This document shows positions 1 through 14,029 of a stretch of 64,000 bases of DNA, in pieces (within the stretch, counting starts at the first letter, position 1; the number at the start of each line of letters is the position of its first letter). Below the pieces are notes generated by a model. The model was given only the letters and a program-made list of their open reading frames with translations, did not search any database and was not told the origin of the DNA. Source of the DNA: Eledone cirrhosa (lineage: Eukaryota); the NCBI GenBank assembly GCA_964016885.1, contig OZ024741.1, forward strand, positions 269,390,001 to 269,454,000, in the 5' to 3' direction. The position numbers were made by a program, and so were the translations under genes.

Positions 1-34
1 ATACACATATATAAACATACATACACACACATAT

Positions 35-89
<55 letters not shown>

Positions 90-95
90 TAGATT

Positions 96-132
<37 letters not shown>

Positions 133-576
133 ATATATATCCACACACTCATACCACCATAAATACACATACAAACACCCACATGTATATATATATATAT
201 ATCTATATACACACACGTATATATATATACATATATATACATATATACATATACATACACACACATAACATAAAAAACAGACATGCACATACATATATAT
301 ATATATATTTTATTACTCTTATATATACATATATTATATATACATACACAACCTCACTTATACACATATACACATAAGTTATATTATAATAATAAAGAAT
401 AATATACATATATACATATACATATACATATACATATATATATATATATATATATACATACATACATACACATACATACATACACATAAATATATACATA
501 CATAAATACACACATACGAATAAAGACATATATTCACACATAGACACCTATATATATATATATATATATATATATC

Positions 577-625
<49 letters not shown>

Positions 626-3600
626 ACACACACACACACACACAGACACACATACTCACTCACATATATATATATATATACATATGTGTATGTGTGTGTG
701 CGCACATACACATATATACACACACACACACAAACACACACAAACACATACATATGCATACGTGCACACACACACACATATATCACATAGATACTAAGAT
801 AAACATATAAATAGAGAGACATACATATATATACACAACACACATGCACATACATACATACACGCACATACATATACATACATATATACACATATATATA
901 TATTCCTATATATACAAGCATACACATACATACACATATATACACATACATACACATATACATACAACACATTCACATACACATACATATATAATGCATA
1001 TATATACATATATATACATACATATGTATGTACAATCATATATACACACACAATCTTACATTCATATTTGCATGCTCATATATGTATTTTTATATTTAGA
1101 TATAAATACCCAAACCTATATAGACACCTACCTACATATATATTCATACATAGACGCTTACAAATACAGATGATAATAGTATGGGGGAAAGGGGGGGGTT
1201 GGAGAAGGGGATCAAAGTAAATATATGTTTCAAGAAACATATAATATTTTCCGTATCTTAATTCAATGTATGTTCTTACATATTTTCAGTGCTAGGAAAT
1301 ACGAAATCTATGCATCTCAAAATAAATAAGTATACCATTAATCATATGTTAACCAAACCAAAGATAGTCAACATATTGATTTCTAAGGTGTAAATTAGTT
1401 AGGTTTATAATATTTGAAGCAGAATTTTGAAGTCAAACAGTAGTAGATTATTAATTACATTATAACTAAATTAAAGTTAATAACGTTATGGTATCAATAT
1501 TAGGAGATGAATTTAGTAATAGGGAAAAGAAACCCAAATAAAAATAAAATAAAGTATTACATCGGTAGTAGCATATAAATTATATGTTAACTAAATTAAA
1601 AATTATATATTTATTTCAATAGTATACGTTAATTAGTATATGTTAATTAGGTATACAATACATAAAGCAGATATTGTATTTCATCAATAGCATAATATAA
1701 TTATATGCAAATAGAAATCAAAATTAATACGCATACATATACATATACATACACATACACATATACATACATATACACACATATATATATATATATATAT
1801 ATACATATATATACATATATACACATATATATATACATACAGATACACATACACAACACACACATATACATACACATATACATATACATATCTTTTTAAA
1901 AAATTGCACAGAATATATTAACTAGGTATATATCCAAAACACATCGCATTCTATGATTACATGACATTCTGCAATTCGTCTGTATAAGGATACTAATTTT
2001 AAGCAAATTAAAATTAAAATTTTTAGGTTGATTAAAACTAAAACCAAATAATAAATATATTTCCAAAATGTATATTAATTAGGTCTATAATACTAAAAAT
2101 TATTTCTCCGTCATTGGATACATGATATTATTTTGTTATATTTTATCTGTAAAAGAATTATAATAAAAGGTTTAAATAAATTAAAATTAATCTATAAATT
2201 AAATTACTAAGTATATATTAGTAATATTTAAAGGTTTTTCACAATTTATGATTACATAATATTTTCTCATCTGTAATAAAATATTAATTAAATTAAATTT
2301 ATAGGTTAACTAACATTTAAATTAAATTAATTTCTAGAATAATGTTATTAATTAGGTTTATAATATTTAAATGTTTTTTTTAGTTTATGATTACACGATA
2401 TAATTAATTCCTGTCGTTTATTTAATAAGATATCCTTAGACTTCATTATTTCAAATAGTTCTTGGGAACATAATCTACATTCCTTTCTATTATTTTGATA
2501 AGGGGTGGCTCTTTTGAGCACACTCCAGGTCAAATCATATTTTATATTCTTATTTTTATAACTATTGATTTTTTCTGCTAGAGATGTTGTATTAGCCAGT
2601 GCGGCATTTTTAAAACTATGCTTGTGGGTATTAAACCTTGTCTTAAAATTGTTAGAGGTAGCTCCTATATATGAGCAAATAGAATCTTTAGTTTTAACAT
2701 TACATTTATAGACTATGTTGTTAACAAGACAATTCCCTTTTAATGGGCAGTTTGTTTTGTTTCTACAGTTACATCCTTTCGTTAATTCTGTATTTGAGGA
2801 GATATTATTGTTAATTTGATGTACTGGTGGTATAGTTATGGTTTTCTTACATTTATATGCATTATATGCACTTATATTTTGTTTTATGTTATTTGTTGTA
2901 GAGTATGAGAATTTAACTGTAGACCTATTTAAGATTTGATGGTATTTGTGGTTTGGCGGGAAGTTTTTCTCAAGGATATAAAAAAATTTTTTAGCAATAT
3001 TATCCTTAACTTGTAAATTAAAAGGAGCATTATACCAAGTAACTAGTCTATTACGGTTTCTATGTTGTTTATTATTTTTATTATTTTTATAGGTTGTATC
3101 ATGATTTTTACTAGGAGGATTAATGTTAATGATCTCACCACAACTATTTTTAGTTATATTTGTAGATTTAGGTGTTTTATCTTTTTTATTAGGAGTTTTA
3201 TTATTAATATTTATTATAGTTGTATGATGGGTAGTTTTTTGAGGGTTACTATACTTTATATTAGAAGATTTAGTATTTTGGGGTATATTGTGGGTGGCAT
3301 TTAGGTGTGTACTTTTCATTTGGTGTTTGTTGGTAATATTATGCTGTATGCTTTCAGTATTTTTAGTAGAAGGTATATACTCTAATCTATTTTTGTGGCC
3401 ACTTCTATCTAGAGCTTCATTATAAAAGGTCGCATTTTTATCAAATACATCTTGGTTAGAAGAAAGGTTAGAAATTCTAAGTGATATATTATATGCAAGG
3501 TTTTTAAGGATAGATTTAGGGTGATTAGATTGTGAGTGTATGTAATGTAAGTTTTGGTTAGGTTTATGGTAAGGTTGGTATATACCCGTAGCTAAATCTA

Positions 3601-4343
3601 AAGTTATATCTAGGAAATTTACTACTTTACTTGTTTTTTCAAAAGTAATATTAAGATTATAATAGTCTTTAAGGAAAGTTCTAATATGCTTTTTGTTTTT
3701 TTCGATTTCTGAAAGGCTAAGGTTGTTAGAAAGAAGAAGACAGTCATCACGATATAAACCACCTTTGAGGTGGGGAAAAGAGGCATTTATGTTGAAAAGG
3801 AGAAAGAGGCCCACAAGATCAGTAATTTGGGCGGAATCGCTTGAACCCATAGTAATATCAAAAAGATTACTGTATGTGTTTCTGGTCCAGTATTCATTCT
3901 GAAATTCAATAAGTGTTAGTCTAGCATGTGTAATAATGTTAATGTCATCCGAAGTTAAATTAGATCTATTTTTAGCAAATATTAATGCTTTGTTCAGGAG
4001 TATAGGTGATATAGAAGAATAGTAATTATCTATATCAAATTGTAGGAAAGAAGCAGAAGATTTACACCTAATATTTTTAAACCAGTTAATTACCTGGGAG
4101 GTGTTTTCCCAGAGTGGTAAAATAACGTGTTTTCTTATTTGTGGGATGACTCTATCTAAAATTTTTTTGCTAATTATTCCAATATCTGATTTGGAGGGAC
4201 ATATAAGTCTAATAGAAGGATTAGAGTTAAAGTTAGATTTGTGATCTTTCAGGTTGAAGTGTGGTCTTTTCAATGCCAAAGGTTCAGTTCTATCTTCAAT
4301 GTTTAGTTTTTTTACTATGTTGTGTGTTTTGTTGTTGATGTTG
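1..4343 (-). mobile_element. Inverted 5'-truncated copy of Naiad family 1 (copy 1), runs off the window start
   Basis: Reverse complement of 10836 onward. ORF 2348-4279(-) is identical to copy 2 over the shared region. Confidence 0.93.
2348..4343 (-). pseudogene. 5'-truncated Naiad RT/GIY-YIG ORF
   Basis: Open frame lacking about the first 149 codons of the 813-aa ORF. Confidence 0.9.
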
Positions 4344-6245
4344 AAAGATCACAAATCTAACTTTAACTCTAATCCTTCTATTAGACTTATATGTCCCTCC
4401 AAATCAGATATTGGAATAATTAGCAAAAAAATTTTAGATAGAGTCATCCCACAAATAAGAAAACACGTTATTTTACCACTCTGGGAAAACACCTCCCAGG
4501 TAATTAACTGGTTTAAAAATATTAGGTGTAAATCTTCTGCTTCTTTCCTACAATTTGATATAGATAATTACTATTCTTCTATATCACCTATACTCCTGAA
4601 CAAAGCATTAATATTTGCTAAAAATAGATCTAATTTAACTTCGGATGACATTAACATTATTACACATGCTAGACTAACACTTATTGAATTTCAGAATGAA
4701 TACTGGACCAGAAACACATACAGTAATCTTTTTGATATTACTATGGGTTCAAGCGATTCCGCCCAAATTACTGATCTTGTGGGCCTCTTTCTCCTTTTCA
4801 ACATAAATGCCTCTTTTCCCCACCTCAAAGGTGGTTTATATCGTGATGACTGTCTTCTTCTTTCTAACAACCTTAGCCTTTCAGAAATCGAAAAAAACAA
4901 AAAGCATATTAGAACTTTCCTTAAAGACTATTATAATCTTAATATTACTTTTGAAAAAACAAGTAAAGTAGTAAATTTCCTAGATATAACTTTAGATTTA
5001 GCTACGGGTATATACCAACCTTACCATAAACCTAACCAAAACTTACATTACATACACTCACAATCTAATCACCCTAAATCTATCCTTAAAAACCTTGCAT
5101 ATAATATATCACTTAGAATTTCTAACCTTTCTTCTAACCAAGATGTATTTGATAAAAATGCGACCTTTTATAATGAAGCTCTAGATAGAAGTGGCCACAA
5201 AAATAGATTAGAGTATATACCTTCTACTAAAAATACTGAAAGCATACAGCATAATATTACCAACAAACACCAAATGAAAAGTACACACCTAAATGCCACC
5301 CACAATATACCCCAAAATACTAAATCTTCTAATATAAAGTATAGTAACCCTCAAAAAACTACCCATCATACAACTATAATAAATATTAATAATAAAACTC
5401 CTAATAAAAAAGATAAAACACCTAAATCTACAAATATAACTAAAAATAGTTGTGGTGAGATCATTAACATTAATCCTCCTAGTAAAAATCATGATACAAC
5501 CTATAAAAATAATAAAAATAATAAACAACATAGAAACCGTAATAGACTAGTTACTTGGTATAATGCTCCTTTTAATTTACAAGTTAAGGATAATATTGCT
5601 AAAAAATTTTTTTATATCCTTGAGAAAAACTTCCCGCCAAACCACAAATACCATCAAATCTTAAATAGGTCTACAGTTAAATTCTCATACTCTACAACAA
5701 ATAACATAAAACAAAATATAAGTGCATATAATGCATATAAATGTAAGAAAACCATAACTATACCACCAGTACATCAAATTAACAATAATATCTCCTCAAA
5801 TACAGAATTAACGAAAGGATGTAACTGTAGAAACAAAACAAACTGCCCATTAAAAGGGAATTGTCTTGTTAACAACATAGTCTATAAATGTAATGTTAAA
5901 ACTAAAGATTCTATTTGCTCATATATAGGAGCTACCTCTAACAATTTTAAGACAAGGTTTAATACCCACAAGCATAGTTTTAAAAATGCCGCACTGGCTA
6001 ATACAACATCTCTAGCAGAAAAAATCAATAGTTATAAAAATAAGAATATAAAATATGATTTGACCTGGAGTGTGCTCAAAAGAGCCACCCCTTATCAAAA
6101 TAATAGAAAGGAATGTAGATTATGTTCCCAAGAACTATTTGAAATAATGAAGTCTAAGGATATCTTATTAAATAAACGACAGGAATTAATTATATCGTGT
6201 AATCATAAACTAAAAAAAACATTTAAATATTATAAACCTAATTAA
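4338..6245 (+). pseudogene. 5'-truncated Naiad RT/GIY-YIG ORF with a junction-derived in-frame ATG
   Basis: atg-ttg-aaa-gat-cac spans the inversion junction. The remainder matches copy 3 except L versus R at 5548/12134. Confidence 0.85.
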
Positions 6246-7965
6246 TAACATTATTCTAGAAATTAATTTAATTTAAATGTTAGTTAACCTATAAATTTAA
6301 TTTAATTAATATTTTATTACAGATGAGAAAATATTATGTAATCATAAATTGTGAAAAACCTTTAAATATTACTAATATATACTTAGTAATTTAATTTATA
6401 GATTAATTTTAATTTATTTAAACCTTTTATTATAATTCTTTTACAGATAAAATATAACAAAATAATATCATGTATCCAATGACGGAGAAATAATTTTTAG
6501 TATTATAGACCTAATTAATATACATTTTGGAAATATATTTATTATTTGGTTTTGGTTTTAATCAACCTAAAAATTTTAATTTTAATTTGCTTAAAATTAG
6601 TATCCTTATACAGACGAATTGCAGAATGTCATGTAATCATAGAATGCGATGTGTTTTGGATATATACCTAGTTAATATATTCTGTGCAATTTTTTAAAAA
6701 GATATGTATATGTATATGTGTATGTATATGTGTGTGTTGTGTATGTGTATCTGTATGTATATATATATGTGTATATATGTATATATATGTATATATATAT
6801 ATATATATATATGTGTGTATATGTATGTATATGTGTATGTGTATGTATATGTATATGTATGCGTATTAATTTTGATTTCTATTTGCATATAATTATATTA
6901 TGCTATTGATGAAATACAATATCTGCTTTATGTATTGTATACCTAATTAACATATACTAATTAACGTATACTATTGAAATAAATATATAATTTTTAATTT
7001 AGTTAACATATAATTTATATGCTACTACCGATGTAATACTTTATTTTATTTTTATTTGGGTTTCTTTTCCCTATTACTAAATTCATCTCCTAATATTGAT
7101 ACCATAACGTTATTAACTTTAATTTAGTTATAATGTAATTAATAATCTACTACTGTTTGACTTCAAAATTCTGCTTCAAATATTATAAACCTAACTAATT
7201 TACACCTTAGAAATCAATATGTTGACTATCTTTGGTTTGGTTAACATATGATTAATGGTATACTTATTTATTTTGAGATGCATAGATTTCGTATTTCCTA
7301 GCACTGAAAATATGTAAGAACATACATTGAATTAAGATACGGAAAATATTATATGTTTCTTGAAACATATATTTACTTTGATCCCCTTCTCCAAACCCCC
7401 CCTTTCCCCCATACTATTATCATCTGTATTTGTAAGCGTCTATGTATGAATATATATGTAGGTAGGTGTCTATATAGGTTTGGGTATTTATATCTAAATA
7501 TAAAAATACATATATGAGCATGCAAATATGAATGTAAGATTGTGTGTGTATATATGATTGTACATACATATGTATGTATATATATGTATATATATGCATT
7601 ATATATGTATGTGTATGTGAATGTGTTGTATGTATATGTGTATGTATGTGTATATATGTGTATGTATGTGTATGCTTGTATATATAGGAATATATATATA
7701 TGTGTATATATGTATGTATATGTATGTGCGTGTATGTATGTATGTGCATGTGTGTTGTGTATATATATGTATGTCTCTCTATTTATATGTTTATCTTAGT
7801 ATCTATGTGATATATGTGTGTGTGTGTGCACGTATGCATATGTATGTGTTTGTGTGTGTTTGTGTGTGTGTGTGTATATATGTGTATGTGCGCACACACA
7901 CATACACATATATATATATATATATATGTGAGTGAGTATGTGTGTCTGTGTGTGTGTATGTGTGT

Positions 7966-8014
<49 letters not shown>

Positions 8015-8131
8015 GATATATATATATATATATATATATAGGTGTCTATGTGTGAATATATGTCTTTATTCGTATGTGTGTATTTATGTATGTATATATT
8101 TATGTGTATGTATGTATGTGTATGTATGTAT

Positions 8132-8163
<32 letters not shown>

Positions 8164-8454
8164 GTATATGTATATATGTATATTATTCTTTATTATTATA
8201 ATATAACTTATGTGTATATGTGTATAAGTGAGGTTGTGTATGTATATATAATATATGTATATATAAGAGTAATAAAATATATATATATATATGTATGTGC
8301 ATGTCTGTTTTTTATGTTATGTGTGTGTATGTATATGTATATATGTATATATATGTATATATATATATACGTGTGTGTATATAGATATATATATATATAT
8401 ACATGTGGGTGTTTGTATGTGTATTTATGGTGGTATGAGTGTGTGGATATATAT

Positions 8455-8491
<37 letters not shown>

Positions 8492-8497
8492 AATCTA

Positions 8498-8552
<55 letters not shown>

Positions 8553-8586
8553 ATATGTGTGTGTATGTATGTGTATATATGTGTAT

Positions 8587-8627
<41 letters not shown>

Positions 8628-8891
8628 TCTATTAATGCGTGTGTGTATGTATATACATATGCCTTTTAATTATTATTTTTATTTGTATGTCTGAGTTTGG
8701 TGAGGTTGTATTGTTTTTTATGTATATACACATATATGGAAGCGTATGTATTTATATATATGAGTATAAGTAGGTGCATATGTATGTATGATTATATATC
8801 TAATTCTATGTATGAAGGTACATCTATATATATATATATATACGTGTGTATGTAAGCTGTGTGTGTATGTATCTATATGTCTATGTGAGTG

Positions 8892-8928
<37 letters not shown>

Positions 8929-9023
8929 GTATATCGATGTGCGTATATGTATGTACGTGTATGTACATGTATGTGTATATGTATGTGTATGTATATTTAG
9001 ATGTATGTGTATGTATATGTATA

Positions 9024-9072
<49 letters not shown>

Positions 9073-10237
9073 ATATATATATATATATGGATATATATCT
9101 TTATTATCTATTTTTTATATATATGTGTATGTATGTATGTGTTGCGCGTGTGTGTGTGTATATATATATCTTTTTATATGTGTATGTGTATGTTCGTGTA
9201 AGTGTATGTGTGTGTATGACTGTATATGTATGTGTGTATGTGTGTATGCGTAAATATCTCTATGTGCGCGTACATGTATGTATGTGTATATATATCTGTA
9301 TGTGTATGTATATTATATTAAATTTATTATATTTTATTGTTTTATTTTTTTATTTTTCTTAATTTATAGATACATTTACATTAGGCAGTCTGCTCAGACA
9401 ATTGAATACTGACCCCTCCCCCCCCTCCCACCTAATTTCTGTATCTTGATCTTGAAATGTGTGTGCCAGTGTTTTATGTGAGTGACTTAATTTCTATGTG
9501 CTTATGATTTTATATCCACATATATAAATGTGAGTGGGGGAGTGTGTGTGTTTGTATGTTCGTGGTTATGTGTATATTTATGCATATACGCGCATGTATG
9601 TGTGATTATACTGATATGTGTGAGTATGAAAAAATATATTTATATGCTTGACTCCATAAGTATCAATGCGCATCTTATCAGCGCATTAAGCTTACAGAGA
9701 TATTAACCTTGAAATTTTGTGTTTGCATCCATCTTTTTAATATGCGTATACAAATTATACACACATTTTTGTAAAATATGTGTAAGGATTTTACATGTAT
9801 ATACACACACCGAACTGCTTTTAACCCTTTGTGTTTTCATTGGTCAATTTTGAACTGATATTTTGAATTGTTGTTATTATCAATAAATATACTTCATTAT
9901 TTCTGAAGACGGCGTATATATGTGTTAGGTATGTATATTTAATCTTGATAATTTGTATAATTTTGTATAATTTTGTACATAGATCTGTCGAATATGCATA
10001 CCAATTATAACACATATATACCCTAGAAACGATCGTTAAATAATGAATTTTTTTATTTAATATAAGGAATTGTTTATTCATTATTTGTTTAATATTTTAT
10101 CTTGACTCTGTATACCGTTTATCTTTCACCGAAAGTGGATTTTCATTACATCTCTTCTTTCCATGATATCCGGAATACATTGAGTTCTTCATACGGATTG
10201 GACACTACCGTAAACTCTTGGTAGATTTATCTACATA
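4342..10237 (+). mobile_element. 5'-truncated tandem copy of Naiad family 1 (copy 2)
   Basis: Near-identical to 10928-16832 (offset 6586-6595). Starts at tgaaagatcac within the RT N-terminal region. Confidence 0.93.
9893..10047 (+). ncRNA. Type I hammerhead ribozyme-like motif with extended stem II
   Basis: Stem I ttcattattt/aaataatgaa (10 bp), CTGAAGA at 9903, 116-nt hairpin, GAAA at 10026, palindromic stem III ACGATCGT, predicted GUU cleavage after 10037. The base of stem II is non-canonical. Confidence 0.8.
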
Positions 10238-10389
10238 ATTTTGCTCCTATTTTCACGGAAATATTCGTATTTTTGTACTGTATGTGTGTATTAATTTTAT
10301 ATTTATGTATAAACATATATATATGTATGATTTTGTAAACCCATATACATTTAGTTGAGCTCTTTCAATTGTCCATCATCCATATCACA

Positions 10390-12831
10390 ATGGAAAAACA
10401 ATATTTAGGAACCTCCTTAAAAAACATACCAATACCTTCTAAGGACGACTTCTTACTCCTTATGATTCAGAAAACTAATAATTTTATCAGAAGGGTTAGA
10501 TGGAGAGCCTACCACTTCGATAGAAAATCTAAACAAGCAGATCGGAAATATATGTATGATTTCAATACTTACAAGAATCCACCACACAACTTTTTACTTG
10601 AAGACTTCGAGAAAGACCTTTTTAATTTAATTAAACACCTCAAATTTAAAAAGTATAAATCCGTCTTTCAAAAGGACCTTGATTCTACCCTATTGGACCT
10701 AAAAAAGTCTAAAAAAATCCATGTCCACTCGGACAAAACTGGTAACTTGTATCATATGGATATTGAACATTATAATGAGTTCATATATAAAGAACTCAGA
10801 AAAAATTATAAAAAATCTAATAATGTGTCACTCACCAACATCAACAACAAAACACACAACATAGTAAAAAAACTAAACATTGAAGATAGAACTGAACCTT
10901 TGGCATTGAAAAGACCACACTTCAACCTGAAAGATCACAAATCTAACTTTAACTCTAATCCTTCTATTAGACTTATATGTCCCTCCAAATCAGATATTGG
11001 AATAATTAGCAAAAAAATTTTAGATAGAGTCATCCCACAAATAAGAAAACACGTTATTTTACCACTCTGGGAAAACACCTCCCAGGTAATTAACTGGTTT
11101 AAAAATATTAGGTGTAAATCTTCTGCTTCTTTCCTACAATTTGATATAGATAATTACTATTCTTCTATATCACCTATACTCCTGAACAAAGCATTAATAT
11201 TTGCTAAAAATAGATCTAATTTAACTTCGGATGACATTAACATTATTACACATGCTAGACTAACACTTATTGAATTTCAGAATGAATACTGGACCAGAAA
11301 CACATACAGTAATCTTTTTGATATTACTATGGGTTCAAGCGATTCCGCCCAAATTACTGATCTTGTGGGCCTCTTTCTCCTTTTCAACATAAATGCCTCT
11401 TTTCCCCACCTCAAAGGTGGTTTATATCGTGATGACTGTCTTCTTCTTTCTAACAACCTTAGCCTTTCAGAAATCGAAAAAAACAAAAAGCATATTAGAA
11501 CTTTCCTTAAAGACTATTATAATCTTAATATTACTTTTGAAAAAACAAGTAAAGTAGTAAATTTCCTAGATATAACTTTAGATTTAGCTACGGGTATATA
11601 CCAACCTTACCATAAACCTAACCAAAACTTACATTACATACACTCACAATCTAATCACCCTAAATCTATCCTTAAAAACCTTGCATATAATATATCACTT
11701 AGAATTTCTAACCTTTCTTCTAACCAAGATGTATTTGATAAAAATGCGACCTTTTATAATGAAGCTCTAGATAGAAGTGGCCACAAAAATAGATTAGAGT
11801 ATATACCTTCTACTAAAAATACTGAAAGCATACAGCATAATATTACCAACAAACACCAAATGAAAAGTACACACCTAAATGCCACCCACAATATACCCCA
11901 AAATACTAAATCTTCTAATATAAAGTATAGTAACCCTCAAAAAACTACCCATCATACAACTATAATAAATATTAATAATAAAACTCCTAATAAAAAAGAT
12001 AAAACACCTAAATCTACAAATATAACTAAAAATAGTTGTGGTGAGATCATTAACATTAATCCTCCTAGTAAAAATCATGATACAACCTATAAAAATAATA
12101 AAAATAATAAACAACATAGAAACCGTAATAGACGAGTTACTTGGTATAATGCTCCTTTTAATTTACAAGTTAAGGATAATATTGCTAAAAAATTTTTTTA
12201 TATCCTTGAGAAAAACTTCCCGCCAAACCACAAATACCATCAAATCTTAAATAGGTCTACAGTTAAATTCTCATACTCTACAACAAATAACATAAAACAA
12301 AATATAAGTGCATATAATGCATATAAATGTAAGAAAACCATAACTATACCACCAGTACATCAAATTAACAATAATATCTCCTCAAATACAGAATTAACGA
12401 AAGGATGTAACTGTAGAAACAAAACAAACTGCCCATTAAAAGGGAATTGTCTTGTTAACAACATAGTCTATAAATGTAATGTTAAAACTAAAGATTCTAT
12501 TTGCTCATATATAGGAGCTACCTCTAACAATTTTAAGACAAGGTTTAATACCCACAAGCATAGTTTTAAAAATGCCGCACTGGCTAATACAACATCTCTA
12601 GCAGAAAAAATCAATAGTTATAAAAATAAGAATATAAAATATGATTTGACCTGGAGTGTGCTCAAAAGAGCCACCCCTTATCAAAATAATAGAAAGGAAT
12701 GTAGATTATGTTCCCAAGAACTATTTGAAATAATGAAGTCTAAGGATATCTTATTAAATAAACGACAGGAATTAATTATATCGTGTAATCATAAACTAAA
12801 AAAAACATTTAAATATTATAAACCTAATTAA
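10390..12831 (+). CDS. Intact Penelope-like element (Naiad clade) reverse transcriptase + C-terminal GIY-YIG endonuclease, 813 aa
   Basis: First ATG is at 10390 (the track starts at an upstream TTG). RT motifs FDIDNYYSSI, DITMGSSDSAQ, GLYRDD, FLDITLDL, YHKPN/SNHP; linker CNCRNKTNCPLKGNC (CxCx5Cx5C, Naiad-type); GIY-YIG IVYKC..YIGAT..FKTRFNTH..CRLC..E..LLNKR..CNH. No stops or frameshifts. Confidence 0.95.
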   Translation: MEKQYLGTSLKNIPIPSKDDFLLLMIQKTNNFIRRVRWRAYHFDRKSKQADRKYMYDFNTYKNPPHNFLLEDFEKDLFNLIKHLKFKKYKSVFQKDLDSTLLDLKKSKKIHVHSDKTGNLYHMDIEHYNEFIYKELRKNYKKSNNVSLTNINNKTHNIVKKLNIEDRTEPLALKRPHFNLKDHKSNFNSNPSIRLICPSKSDIGIISKKILDRVIPQIRKHVILPLWENTSQVINWFKNIRCKSSASFLQFDIDNYYSSISPILLNKALIFAKNRSNLTSDDINIITHARLTLIEFQNEYWTRNTYSNLFDITMGSSDSAQITDLVGLFLLFNINASFPHLKGGLYRDDCLLLSNNLSLSEIEKNKKHIRTFLKDYYNLNITFEKTSKVVNFLDITLDLATGIYQPYHKPNQNLHYIHSQSNHPKSILKNLAYNISLRISNLSSNQDVFDKNATFYNEALDRSGHKNRLEYIPSTKNTESIQHNITNKHQMKSTHLNATHNIPQNTKSSNIKYSNPQKTTHHTTIININNKTPNKKDKTPKSTNITKNSCGEIININPPSKNHDTTYKNNKNNKQHRNRNRRVTWYNAPFNLQVKDNIAKKFFYILEKNFPPNHKYHQILNRSTVKFSYSTTNNIKQNISAYNAYKCKKTITIPPVHQINNNISSNTELTKGCNCRNKTNCPLKGNCLVNNIVYKCNVKTKDSICSYIGATSNNFKTRFNTHKHSFKNAALANTTSLAEKINSYKNKNIKYDLTWSVLKRATPYQNNRKECRLCSQELFEIMKSKDILLNKRQELIISCNHKLKKTFKYYKPN

Positions 12832-14029
12832 TAACATTATTCTAGAAATTAATTTAATTTAAATGTTAGTTAACCTATAAATTTAATTTAATTAATATTT
12901 TATTACAGATGAGAAAATATTATGTAATCATAAATTGTGAAAAACCTTTAAATATTACTAATATATACTTAGTAATTTAATTTATAGATTAATTTTAATT
13001 TATTTAAACCTTTTATTATAATTCTTTTACAGATAAAATATAACAAAATAATATCATGTATCCAATGACGGAGAAATAATTTTTAGTATTATAGACCTAA
13101 TTAATATACATTTTGGAAATATATTTATTATTTGGTTTTAGTTTTAATCAACCTAAAAATTTTAATTTTAATTTGCTTAAAATTAGTATCCTTATACAGA
13201 CGAATTGCAGAATGTCATGTAATCATAGAATGCGATGTGTTTTGGATATATACCTAGTTAATATATTCTGTGCAATTTTTTAAAAAGATATGTATATGTA
13301 TATGTGTATGTATATGTGTGTGTTGTGTATGTGTATCTGTATGTATATATATATGTGTATATATGTATATATATGTATATATATATATATATATATATGT
13401 GTGTATATGTATGTATATGTGTATGTGTATGTATATGTATATGTATGCGTATTAATTTTGATTTCTATTTGCATATAATTATATTATGCTATTGATGAAA
13501 TACAATATCTGCTTTATGTATTGTATACCTAATTAACATATACTAATTAACGTATACTATTGAAATAAATATATAATTTTTAATTTAGTTAACATATAAT
13601 TTATATGCTACTACCGATGTAATACTTTATTTTATTTTTATTTGGGTTTCTTTTCCCTATTACTAAATTCATCTCCTAATATTGATACCATAACGTTATT
13701 AACTTTAATTTAGTTATAATGTAATTAATAATCTACTACTGTTTGACTTCAAAATTCTGCTTCAAATATTATAAACCTAACTAATTTACACCTTAGAAAT
13801 CAATATGTTGACTATCTTTGGTTTGGTTAACATATGATTAATGGTATACTTATTTATTTTGAGATGCATAGATTTCGTATTTCCTAGCACTGAAAATATG
13901 TAAGAACATACATTGAATTAAGATACGGAAAATATTATATGTTTCTTGAAACATATATTTACTTTGATCCCCTTCTCCAAACCCCCCCTTTCCCCCATAC
14001 TATTATCATCTGTATTTGTAAGCGTCTAT

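Noticed and set aside
183-1909. YI/CV/HT-repeat ORFs here and throughout the window
   Set aside because: Translations of dinucleotide microsatellites, which lack stop codons.
9821-10081. 86-aa antisense ORF conserved in both copies
   Set aside because: Conservation only reflects the recent duplication; it overlaps the hammerhead and has no recognisable motif.
10390-12831. Selenoprotein-type Naiad (in-frame UGA/SECIS)
   Set aside because: The ORF has no in-frame TGA, and the conserved Cys codons are TGT/TGC here and in the CxC motifs of families 2 and 3.
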